64,000 nt of DNA, taken from NCBI RefSeq assembly GCF_965237655.1, contig NZ_CBDEGB010000001.1:756033-820032 (forward strand), read 5' to 3'. The notes beneath the pieces were generated by a model, which saw only the letters and a list, made by a program, of their open reading frames with translations, was not told the DNA's origin and made no database searches. The stretch is from Candidatus Poriferisodalis sp. Its GTDB lineage: Bacteria; Actinomycetota; Acidimicrobiia; Acidimicrobiales; Poriferisodalaceae. Below, piece after piece: positions 1 to 10,200 of this stretch (positions are counted from its first letter, which is position 1; every line of letters starts with the position of its first letter). The position numbers and the translations under genes were made by a program.

Positions 1-153
1 GACGAGATCGAGGCCAAGGTTGCAGATGACTTGGCCGCCGGCCGGCTGATCGATGAGATGATCGCTGAGCGCGAGCGTTCGATTGCGCTGGAGCAAACAG
101 GCGGATCCAGTCGAGCCAAGCTGCGGGGCAGGCACTTCGGTCAACGCCACTAA
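1..153 (+). CDS. 3' end of an unidentified CDS (possible partner/antitoxin of the downstream DUF5615 gene)
   Basis: Frame open from the window edge to TAA at 151-153, 8 nt before the next ATG. No motif recognised. Confidence 0.3.
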   Translation, partial: DEIEAKVADDLAAGRLIDEMIAERERSIALEQTGGSSRAKLRGRHFGQRH

Positions 154-161
154 GCCGGACA

Positions 162-593
162 ATGAGGTGGCTGCTTGACGAGATGCTGCCGCATGCGGCT
201 GCAAGAATCCTGAACGAACGGGGCCACGACGCCGTTTGCGTCGCAGATACCCAACTGCGATCCGCTCGCGATGAGGATGTCTACGGAGCCGCTGTCGCAG
301 AGGGCCGGGTCGTCGTATCGGAAGACGAAGACGACTATGCGCGCATTCTGAGTCATGCACTCGAAGCTGGCACTCCAGCGGTTCCCGTCGTCGTTGTTCG
401 CAAGAGTCGACTCCGACGCGGCGGGCAATGCCCTACAGCTTGGCTGATGCTCTCCACCGCTGGTCACTGGAGAATCCGTCGCCGTACACCGGACCGCATT
501 GGCTATAGGCGTCCTCAACGACGCTGCCCGCCTGTGTCGATCTGCTCCATGATGCGCGGTGTCTCGGCGAGAGCGGCGCAGATTCGTAGGTAG
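162..593 (+). CDS. DUF5615-family PIN-like (toxin-type) protein, probably frameshifted near nt 405
   Basis: N-terminus MRWLLDEMLP...RGHDAV...DEDVYGAAVAEGRVVVSEDEDDY fits the DUF5615 pattern. The tail of the tracked ORF is R/C/P-rich and overlaps the convergent gene. An alternative frame ends at 506-508. Confidence 0.55.
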   Translation: MRWLLDEMLPHAAARILNERGHDAVCVADTQLRSARDEDVYGAAVAEGRVVVSEDEDDYARILSHALEAGTPAVPVVVVRKSRLRRGGQCPTAWLMLSTAGHWRIRRRTPDRIGYRRPQRRCPPVSICSMMRGVSARAAQIRR

Positions 594-3500
594 GTCTGAA
601 CATCCTCGAAGTTGAGGACGCGTCCTTTGCGGTCTTGGAGCCACTTCTTCGCCGGTTGGTAGCCACCGATGGTGAATTCCCACGTCTGAGGTGATACGCC
701 TTCGAAGTGCTGGTCCCGGTTGATCCAGACTCGGCCGGGCGCGTCGCCCGTCGGATCGCTGTAGCGGACGCTCTCTACCCTTCCAGTGCCTGAAACCGCG
801 AAGGACGGCTTGTCGTCTCCATCTGCGTCCATCAAGTGGAGCGATACGAGCTCTGCGCCGAGTCCCGCCAGACCAGCAAGCAGGCCTCGACTTCCTGGCA
901 GCGGGATGCGCGGGAAATCTGACTTCAAGAAGTCGGCGTATCGATGTCGGTAATCCGTACTGTGGAGCACCGCGTAGATGTAGTGAAAGGCGTCCTCTGG
1001 CCCAAACGTCGACTCCAGATCGCCTGGGGTGTCCGGGAGGAAGCGCATTCCGACCGAAACTGCGAACGCCTCGGTGTACTCCGGTGCAAGATTCGGTGAG
1101 CGTTGGTTGGCACCGAGGCCCATTCCATCGCCACTCCGCGGGTACAAGTACAGCGGGAACAGGCAGTTGCCGCCTCGCCTGAACAAATTGAAGTCCGTCG
1201 GCGCATTCACGGCGATCGCAACGTCCCAGCTGTTGGACCCGACGACGTTGCCTGCGCGACCAGCTGCCAGGCCAAGATTGGACCCGGCCAGCATGTGATG
1301 CATGACATCCGATCGCGGCCTGCAAATGAAGCCGCCGGCCGTACCCGTGTAGTACGTCGCCCTGACGTCGAACGGCCGGTAGAGAATCGGCTTGACGTAC
1401 TCATTCGCATCGGCATGCGATCGGATGTCTTCTTGTGCTGATGCGACCTTCCAATCTTGTGAGTCTCGCCCAAGTGCGTATCGTTGCCGGGCTGCATCTT
1501 CGGTGAGACCGCTGAATTCCTCAGCGAATCGGCGCATGTCGTCTTCGGTCCACTGGATGGCGATCTTGTCCCGGGCCGTCACGATGCCCACCGAGTTGAC
1601 CGGCGCGATGTCCGTCAGTTTCCAGCCTGCTTCGAATTCCTCGAGCAGCGCATAGTCGCGCGGCACGAAGAAGTAGTCCGGCGAGCGGGGCGACACCTCA
1701 CGCCACGTGGTGCTGGTGATGTCGTTCTCCGCTAGCCACGCGTACTTCCCCGATTTCTCATCGCCCCGCGCGCCCCAGAGATCGGCATGCATGACTTTCG
1801 CCAGGCCTTCAAGGCTGTCACCGTGCCTGACGAAGATCCCGATTGCGACGCCTTGCTGGATGTCGAAGACGTTCTGGTCGGGGTCTCCGTCTGGGGTTCG
1901 TTCCCTTCGCTTGGAGTTGCCGTGCAGGTCGAGCACCAGATCTCGTCGAAGGTCTCCATGAGCGACTGGCGCATCCCGCGGAACGTCGGATTGTCGAGGT
2001 AGCTGTGATTCGTGACGAAGCCGAGCACGCCCTCACCGGTCTGCCCGATACGCCACTGCGCGAATCGAATGAACTTCACGTAGTCGTCATTGAGCCACTT
2101 TGGATTGCGCTCGTCGAGCGGCTCGCCATCGACCGTGAAGTAGCTCTCCGGGTCCTCGGCGACTCGGCCTCGCAGCAGATCGCTGATCCACGGGCCCTTG
2201 TTTGCCGAATGACCTGAGTAGGGCGGATTGCCGATGACCACCATCACCGGATGGTCGCGCTTGATTGCGTCGGCGTCGCGAGCCTCGCGAACGATCTCGT
2301 TGGCGAACATTGGCCCGCTTGCGGTCTCGTGCGCCTCAGCAAGGGAGTTTGTGAGATACACGCCCAATCGTTCCCCTTCGGGCATGACGAACTGGTCAGA
2401 CTCGCCGCTGATTTCCAGAGCGAGCTTCAGGTGGCAAATGGCGTACGGCGCCATCAGCAGCTCGAATCCGAACAAGCGTGGCAGCAAGTGCTCCTGAACG
2501 TATTGCTCCCAAGCACCGGCAAGTCCAGTGTCAGCGAGACTGGTGCGGACATGCGACACGACCTCGCGGAGAAACGTGCCCGTGCCAGCCGCCGGATCAA
2601 GGATTAGGACCTTCGGGAGCTTGCGCGTCTGCCCATCTTCTGCGGATACCTTCACTTCGGCAGTATCAGCTAGACCGGCGTTCAGCCCAAATCGCTCGCG
2701 TAGCACCCAATCGACGCTTCGGACGATGTACGAAACGACTGGTTCCGGCGTGTAGAAGACGCCGCGCAGCTCGCGAAGCTTCGGATCGTAGGCAGCCAAG
2801 AAGTCCTCGTAGAAGTGAACGACGGGGTCTTCTTGGCGCGTGGGCCTCCCGAAACCCTCCAAGATCGCTGCCATGTCGGCGCGTGCGAGCAGTAGGGCGA
2901 AGTCGTCAATGATCCATGCGATGCGAGCGTCGGTGTTGGGTCCGGCGATGTGCCCGAAGACATCTCGCAGGAACGGCGTGGCTGCGCGAATACCGCCGAC
3001 TGCCGAGTGAACGCCGCTGGCTGCCCATCATGGAGGCACCGCGCAGCGAAGAGTCCGTAAGCGGCCGTCTGCGCTTGCAGGTCGGCGAAGTCGCTAATGC
3101 TGACATCGTTGATCAGCACCTCTCGATAGCTCGCCAGCAGTCCTGTCAGCGCCGAGGCACTACCGGCGTCGTGCGTCAGGATCTGTTCGATGGTGTTACG
3201 CAGCAGCCTCGTTTTGGATGCCATGCGCCTGGCGAGGTCAGCTGGCTCTCCGACAACGGGCACCTCAGCATCGAAGAAGTCGGTGAGCAAGTCCCGTACG
3301 GAATCGTCGCCGCCAGCTTCCACGGACAGGCGCCCAGCGCTGTCGAACAGTCCAAGCTTGGCCTCGGCGCGCAGTTCTCCGTTCGCGAACCAAGGGAATT
3401 CCAAGTAGTCGGTGAGGATGAGATTGGGCAGTGCCTCGCGGTACCGCTGGAGCTGCTCACTTTCCTCTTGAACATCGAGATTTGTGCCGATGTCCTTGCA

Positions 3501-3707
3501 CTCGACATGTCCGATGGGAACCTGCCGTTGCTCGACAATGAAGTCGGGCGCGCCGTAGTCCGCGTGTGTCGGCTCGTTGATCGCATCGACGTCTTTGCCG
3601 CCAACATCCTTCAGCAGCTTCTGCAGCGCGGGCCGGTAGCTGTGCTCAGTCGCTCGGCCACTGCTGAAAGTCGTACACAGGGATCGGCGGTACTCGGCGA
3701 ACGGCAC
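515..3707 (-). pseudogene. Type IIG/IIL (MmeI / type ISP-like) restriction-modification enzyme with N6-adenine methyltransferase, disrupted by two frameshifts
   Basis: Three consecutive minus-strand ORFs (2682-3707, 1732-2874, 515-1936) read as one protein. It has an N-terminal PD-ExK-like APDFIV...GHVECKD, the motifs FYEDFL, YTPEPVV, LDPAAGTGTF and NPPYSGH, and a C-terminal GGYQPAKKWLQDRKGR tail. Frame switches lie near 2979-2990 and 1935-1950. Confidence 0.75.
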
Positions 3708-3808
3708 TGGGCACTCCTCGACATCGCGAATGGACAGCGTGAGTCTCGCCTCAGGGTGTCACATCGTCCCGTAGCGATCTGAGCCAGCGCGACGCGGCGA
3801 ACCGCTGT

Positions 3809-6361
3809 TCAGGCGTGGTAGATGGCCTGCAGGACGTCCATGCGGGCGGCGCGGCGGGCGGGCAGGATTGCCGCGACGATGCCCATCACCACGCAGAGCA
3901 GCAAGATCACGACGAACTGTCCGATGGGAACGCCGAATTCGCTCACGAACGACTCGGGCATCGCCGCCACTGAGACGGCGCCGAGCACCAGGCCGAGCAC
4001 GATGCCCATCAACCCGCCAAATACCGCCACGATCACGGCTTCCCAGCGGATCATCCGCCGTGTCTGGCGACGCGTCATGCCCACGGCCCGCAACAGCCCA
4101 ATCTCGCGTGTCCGCTCGAACACCGACAGCATGAGCGTGTTGACCACGCCGAGAGCTGCGATGACGACAGCAAAGAGCAGCAAGGCGTTCACGGTCAGCA
4201 GGAGCTGATTCAGCTGGTCCTCGGCGTTCTGTGCGAACTCGTCGGAATCCCGCAGCGTCACTTCGGGGTAGCGATCGGTGACGGTCTCAATCGCAGGACG
4301 GACGCTGGCGGGATCGATGCCAGGCGCCACCGAGGCGGCGACGAAGACGTCATCTTGCATTGATGACCCAAACACCTCCTCGTAGGTCGACAGGTCAACC
4401 GCCCAGTTGCCCACGATGCTGGCGTCGTCGTAGACGCCGACAACGGTGAGGGTCCGCGTGGTGTCAGGGAATACCGCGGTCAACGTGTCGCCAGGCGACA
4501 GCCCGAGATCAGTCGCCGGGTCGGCATGCACGAGCACACCGTCGTTCTCGAGTCCGTCGTAGCCGCCATCGACGATGCCCGCATGCACGACCGAACCGAA
4601 GGCGGCACTGGGGACCCCGGCAATGTCACGCCCAGCGCCGCCGATCAGCGCCCGCGCGCCTGTGCCCGGCCCGCCGCGAAAGCTGATCGCCAGATCCACC
4701 TCTGGCAGCTCATTGAGCTCGACTGCGAGCTGGCGGCTGAACACGCCCGGTCCCTGCTGCTGTGCGGGTGCGACGTAGTAGTCGGCAGTGATCGACGTCT
4801 CCAGCAGCGAGGTCACCGTCTTCTTGAAGCTGGTGCCCACCACCAGCACCATCGTGACCAGCGCCAGGCCCACCATGAGCGCGGCAGCAGTGGCCGAGGT
4901 GCGATGCGGGTTGCGCGCAGCGTTGTTGCGCGCCAGCGTTCCCGAGATGCGGCCTATCCAGGCGATGGGCGCACCAACCGCCCGAGCGATCGGCGCGGCA
5001 ACCTGCGGGCTGAGCAGCGCCACCGCAATGAACAGCAAGAGCGCCCCAGCTCCCAGCGCGAGCAGGCGTGTCGTGGTGTCTCCTGCACCGAGCACTCCCA
5101 GGATCACTGCCAGCCCGCCCACAACGGCAAATGCCAGGCCAACGAGCACGCGCCGGCGGGTGCGCGTCGCGGACAGCACGAAGTCGTCGGTGAGGGCGGC
5201 AATCGGCGGGATGCTGGCCGCCCGTCGCGCCGGGGACAGCGATGCCAGCAGCGTCACTCCGATTCCCACGACGATGGCCACGATCCAGGTACGCGGTGCC
5301 AAGATGATCCCCCCGCTCGGCAACCCGCCGCCATCGCCGGCAGCACTGATGATCTGGTTGATGAGCGCCGCCACGCCGAGACCGCCGAACAGACCTGCCA
5401 CCGAGGCCACGCCGCCGATCAGCAGCGCCTCCAACAGCACCGACGTGCGCACCTGTCGGCCCGACGCGCCCAGGCAGCGCAGCAGTCCCAACTCCTTGAT
5501 GCGCTGCCCCAACACAATCGAGAACGTGTTGTTGATGATGAAGGCGCTCACCACAAGCGCGACGGCCGCGAACGCCAGCAGCGCGCTCTGGAACACCGTG
5601 ATGATGACGTCGAAGAACGCACTGAACTCGTCGGAGACGATCTCGCCGGTGACGGCCTCGAAGTCTGCGGGCAGGGTTGCATTGACCCGTTCGGCCAACT
5701 CGTCGGGGCTCAAGGCCCCCGCTGCACTCACATTGATGTAGGAGAAGCTGTCGGGAAGACCGAACAGGCGCTGGGCCGTCGGCGTGTCGAACAGCACAAA
5801 TACAGCGCCGAAGTCCTCCTCGCCGAAGCTCGCGATGCCCGACACCGCGAAGTCCTCGGGCTCGGCAAGGGTGCGGACATTGACGACGTCGCCGATGGCA
5901 ATGTCGTATCGATCGGCGGCGAATTCGTCGAAGAGGACCTCGCCGGTCCCCGGCGCATCGCCTCGCACGATCTCGATCGCTGAGACGGCGTCAGCTTCGT
6001 AGTTGTAGGCAAGTGTGGGTCCCTGACTGCGCACCAACTCGCCATCGGCGGTGCTGACGAATGGGAAGCCCTCGACGATGCCGGTGACGCTGGCCACCCC
6101 GTCGACGCCTGCGAGCTCATCGGCGAGGGAGTCCGGCGAAGGGGGGCGGGTGAGGTCGTTGCTCTCGATCGCAGAAATGCCGCGCACCCGCACCGAGATC
6201 GGCGCGCCCACTTCCTCCGCGATGTCGTCAAAGACCGCTCGCAGGCTGTCGGCCAGCACGAATGATCCCGACACGAAAGCCACACCGAGCACCACGGCGA
6301 ACGTCGTGAGTGCCAGGCGGATCTTGCGGTCGAAGAAGGACCTGAGAGTGAGCTTCAGCAT
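3809..6361 (-). CDS. ABC transporter permease, FtsX/MacB-type (two FtsX-like membrane modules)
   Basis: 850-aa ORF with an N-terminal TM, large extracytoplasmic domains and repeated FtsX-like TM bundles. It sits 15 nt downstream of an ABC ATPase gene. Confidence 0.85.
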   Translation of the reverse strand: MLKLTLRSFFDRKIRLALTTFAVVLGVAFVSGSFVLADSLRAVFDDIAEEVGAPISVRVRGISAIESNDLTRPPSPDSLADELAGVDGVASVTGIVEGFPFVSTADGELVRSQGPTLAYNYEADAVSAIEIVRGDAPGTGEVLFDEFAADRYDIAIGDVVNVRTLAEPEDFAVSGIASFGEEDFGAVFVLFDTPTAQRLFGLPDSFSYINVSAAGALSPDELAERVNATLPADFEAVTGEIVSDEFSAFFDVIITVFQSALLAFAAVALVVSAFIINNTFSIVLGQRIKELGLLRCLGASGRQVRTSVLLEALLIGGVASVAGLFGGLGVAALINQIISAAGDGGGLPSGGIILAPRTWIVAIVVGIGVTLLASLSPARRAASIPPIAALTDDFVLSATRTRRRVLVGLAFAVVGGLAVILGVLGAGDTTTRLLALGAGALLLFIAVALLSPQVAAPIARAVGAPIAWIGRISGTLARNNAARNPHRTSATAAALMVGLALVTMVLVVGTSFKKTVTSLLETSITADYYVAPAQQQGPGVFSRQLAVELNELPEVDLAISFRGGPGTGARALIGGAGRDIAGVPSAAFGSVVHAGIVDGGYDGLENDGVLVHADPATDLGLSPGDTLTAVFPDTTRTLTVVGVYDDASIVGNWAVDLSTYEEVFGSSMQDDVFVAASVAPGIDPASVRPAIETVTDRYPEVTLRDSDEFAQNAEDQLNQLLLTVNALLLFAVVIAALGVVNTLMLSVFERTREIGLLRAVGMTRRQTRRMIRWEAVIVAVFGGLMGIVLGLVLGAVSVAAMPESFVSEFGVPIGQFVVILLLCVVMGIVAAILPARRAARMDVLQAIYHA

Positions 6362-6376
6362 CGATCTGGCGCAGCC

Positions 6377-7159
6377 TCAGTCGCCGAGGTGCTTCATCAC
6401 GTCGAGCACGTCGTCGGCCTGTGGGTTGCTCATCTCGTTCACGATGCGACCGTCGACGAGGAACACCACCCGGTCGCTGTATGACGCCGCCACAGGATCG
6501 TGGGTGACCATCACAATCGTCTGTCCCAGTTGCCGCACGGCGGTCCCCATGAATTGCAGGATCTCATCGCCCGTTCGGCTGTCGAGGTTGCCGGTGGGCT
6601 CGTCCGCAAAGACGATCGAAGGATGTCCTGCGAGCGCCCGGGCCACTGCGACGCGTTGCTGCTGGCCGCCTGAGAGCTCGCTGGGCCGGTGGCTGAGGCG
6701 GTCGGTCAGCCCCACTGCTTCCACCACCTCGTCGAGCCATTCACGGTCGACTTCGCGCGCGCCGAGCCGGCGCGGCAGCACGATGTTCTCGTACGCCGTC
6801 AGCGTGGGGACCAGGTTGTAGGCCTGGAAGATGAAGCCCACCCGGTCGCGTCGCAGCAGCGTCAGCTCTCGTTCGGACAGGTCGGCGAGCGGCACGTCGT
6901 CGATGACGACCCCGCCCGAGGTCAGCGTGTCCAGGCCGGCCATGCAGTGCATGAGCGTCGACTTGCCCGAACCCGATGGCCCCATCACGGCGGTGAACTG
7001 GCCCCGGGCGAAGCTCACGTCGAGCCCGTCAAGGGCTCGCACCGCCGTGGGGCCCGAGCCGTAGATCTTCGAGGCATCCACCGCCTGCGCGGCAACGGCG
7101 GAATCGTCGGCGAATTGCACGGCGTGATGAGGTGCAGTGGCTGTTCGAGGGCGAGGCAT
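6377..7159 (-). CDS. ABC transporter ATP-binding protein (MacB/LolD-like)
   Basis: Walker A GPSGSGKST, signature LSGGQQQRV, Walker B IVFADEPTGNLD and H-loop VTHD. Confidence 0.9.
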   Translation of the reverse strand: MPRPRTATAPHHAVQFADDSAVAAQAVDASKIYGSGPTAVRALDGLDVSFARGQFTAVMGPSGSGKSTLMHCMAGLDTLTSGGVVIDDVPLADLSERELTLLRRDRVGFIFQAYNLVPTLTAYENIVLPRRLGAREVDREWLDEVVEAVGLTDRLSHRPSELSGGQQQRVAVARALAGHPSIVFADEPTGNLDSRTGDEILQFMGTAVRQLGQTIVMVTHDPVAASYSDRVVFLVDGRIVNEMSNPQADDVLDVMKHLGD

Positions 7160-7261
7160 GGCGGAACGCTACTGCGCGGTTGGGTAGCGTCCTCCGCGGC
7201 CAGAGCACTCGCAACCGACGTTCATGCGGTCCGCTTCCTGCGCCGTTTCTAGAATGCCGCA

Positions 7262-10200
7262 ATGACGTGCCCTGCTTGCGCTACCGAGGTCCCGCAGGGC
7301 GCACGTTTCTGCCCGAGCTGCGGCAACCTGCTCGTGCAGACCGAGGAACGTCGTGTGGTCACGGTGCTGTTCGCCGATCTGGTCGGGTTCACCTCGATGG
7401 GCGAGTCCGCCGACCCCGAAGAGCTGAAGCATCTCGTCGATCAATGCTTCCAGCGGCTCGTGGGCGATGTCACCGCGTTCGGAGGCACCGTCGACAAGAT
7501 CATTGGCGACGCGATCCTTGCCCTGTTCGGCGCGCCCACAGCGCACGAGGACGATCCCGAGCGGGCGCTGCGCGCCGCGTTCCGGATGCGTCGATCGCTG
7601 GAGGCGTTCAGTGCCGAGCGCCGCATGGACCTCCAGATGCGCATCGGCATCAACACGGGTGAAGTGCTGGTGGGCGCCCTGCGAGCCGGCGGCGACTACA
7701 CGGCAATGGGTGACACCGTCAACATCGCGAGCCGTCTCCAGACCATCGCCGAAGCGGGCGAAGTGCTGGTGGGAGACGCCACCCAGGCAGCCACTGTGGG
7801 CATCGTCGAGTACACGCCGCGGGGCGAGATCGGCCTGCGGGGTCGCGACGAGCCCGTGACGGTGTTCGCGGCCAGCGGCGAGCTGGCGCCGCCAGGCCGC
7901 CGTCGCAGTGCGTCGCTGTCGCCGCTGGTGGGACGTCACCTCGAGAGCGCCCTGCTGGATGCCGCGATCGACACCTCCGTGGCCCGCCGGCGCGCTCAGC
8001 TGTGCCAGATCGTGGGCGAAGCCGGCATGGGCAAGACTCGCCTGGCTCGTGAGGCGGCGGAAGGCACCGTGGAGCGTCACGGCGCGATGGTGCTCGAGAG
8101 CATGGCGCTGCCCTATGACGAGACCAACCCGCTGCGCTGCCTGGGCGATGCCATCGCGGCCGCTGCGGGGGTGAACGCCAGCGATTCGACGGTGCTGGCC
8201 ACCAGGCGCATCTCGTCGCTCGTGGCCGATGTCCTGCAGAGCACAAACGGCAACTCGAACGGCGTTGCCAGCTCATCCGACGCCGTCACGTTCGAGGAGA
8301 TCGACGAGATCACCGATGTGGTGCTGGCCGTGCTCGGGCGGGTCGGCACCGGCGATCCCGCCGAGATCGAATGGCGCGCCGAGGCTACGTTCCGTTCCCT
8401 GCGTCGATTCCTTGGGGCGCTGGCGCGGCGCCAGCCCGTGGTGCTGCTGCTCAGCGATGTGCATTGGGCAGAGGAACGGCTGCTCAAGGTGCTCGAACAG
8501 CTGCTGGCGGCACTGGCCAACCAGCCCTTCATCGTCATCACGACGGCCCGCTGGAACATGGACGAGCATCGCTGGACGGTTCCGCCGGGCCGCCACAGCA
8601 CGGTGGTGCTGAATCTCGACGCGCTCAGTCGTGAGGCCACCGCCGACCTGGTGGCCGAGCTGCTGGGCGTGAGCGTTCCCAATCACGTGGCTGAGCAGCT
8701 CTATGAGCGCAGCGGGGGCAACCCCTTCTTCCTGGAGGAAATGTGCGTCCTGCTGCGCGAGTCGGGCGTAGTGGGTCCCGGCGCTCGGCCAGACCACGAG
8801 GAACGCTCGCTGGCGGAAATGCCCGACACGCTGCGAGGACTGGTTGCGGCCCGCCTCGACACGCTCAGCCCACCCGAACGCCGTCTGGTGGACGCCGCGT
8901 CGGTGATCGGCGGCGGCGGTTCGATCAGCGAGCTGCTGGAGATGACGGCATCGCCCGAACCCGACCCCAACGCAGAACAGGATCCAGCGATATTTCAGCG
9001 ACTGGTCGACAAGGACATCTTCACGAGCGAGGCAGACGGCTGGACGTTCCGCAGCGACGTGGTACGCGACGTTGCCTACAGCATGCTGACCAAGGCCGGG
9101 CGGGCAGAGCGGCACCTCGATGTCGCGCTGTGGTTGGCACAGAACCGCGAGGACCCCTCCAGCGAGTCGGTCGGGCTGATCGCCGATCACTTCGCTTCGG
9201 CCGTCGAGCTCGGCGTAAGTGCCGGCGAGCGAGATCACCGAGACGGCGACGTCTTCGAAGGCGGCATGACTGAGGTAGCGATCGAGTGGCTCGGCCGGGC
9301 CGGCCGGTGGGCGGCGGCCCGCGACAGCCACTACGCATCGGCGCAGTTCTACCGCCGCGCCATCGAGATGCTCGGTGACGCCGACCCGCGGCTCATCGAT
9401 ATGGCACTGGGCCGGGCCGCGGCCCGACTGAGGCTCGGCGAGCTGCATGGCGCCCGGGCCGATGCCGAGCTGGCACGGGCCATGGCAACCCTGAACGGCA
9501 ACCGGATCGCCGCGGCGCATGGTTTGCGGGTGCTGGGCGAAGTAGCGCTCGCCGGCGACGAACATGGCGCCGCCGACAAGCTGCTGGCCGACGCGCTGGA
9601 TCAGTTCCGCACGATGGGCGAAGTGCGCGAGGCCGCCGAGTCGCTGCGGCTGCGAGGACTTGCGTCGCTGCGGGCGGGCGATTACGCACGTGCCGACCGC
9701 TACATCAACGAGGCAAACGGCACCTTCGCCCATCTCGGCGACGAGAGCGGCGTGGCGTGGTGCCTGCAGAACCTGGCGTGGCTGTCATTCGAGCAGGGCT
9801 TGATCTCCGAGGCCGGTCGCCGGCTGACCACCGCAATCGAACGATTCATCGACTTGGGCGACACCGTCGGCTTGGCGACCGCCGAAGGCCTGCTGGCGTT
9901 CCTGCGGTTCCACTCGGGCGATCGCGACGAGGCCGAGGAGCTGGCCGGCTCGGTGCACACCATTGCCCACGAGCGGGGTGAGCGGTTCACCGAGGCGATG
10001 ATGGATCTGCTGCTGGCGTCGCTCGGGCTGTGGTCGGGACGGGCGCTCGCAGCTGTGGAACGGGCTCGCGCCGCCGAACAGGTCTTCCGCGATGTCCACA
10101 GCGACTTCGGCGTCGTGCAGGCGCTGGGCCTGCTGGGCCGGTCGTACGCCGCAGTGGGCGAACTCCAGCGCAGCCGGGCGGTGCTGGCGGAGTGCTTCCA

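Noticed and set aside
150-1325. 391-aa minus-strand ORF and many similar long ORFs (for example 4526-5983, 8273-9733, 9785-11995, 11421-12932, 19042-20202, 28072-29175, 35738-37126, 45751-46575, 49870-51387)
   Set aside because: They lie antisense to, or out of frame with, genes that have clear motifs. They are extremely R/P/G/A-rich with no motifs. These are typical stop-poor shadow frames of high-GC DNA.
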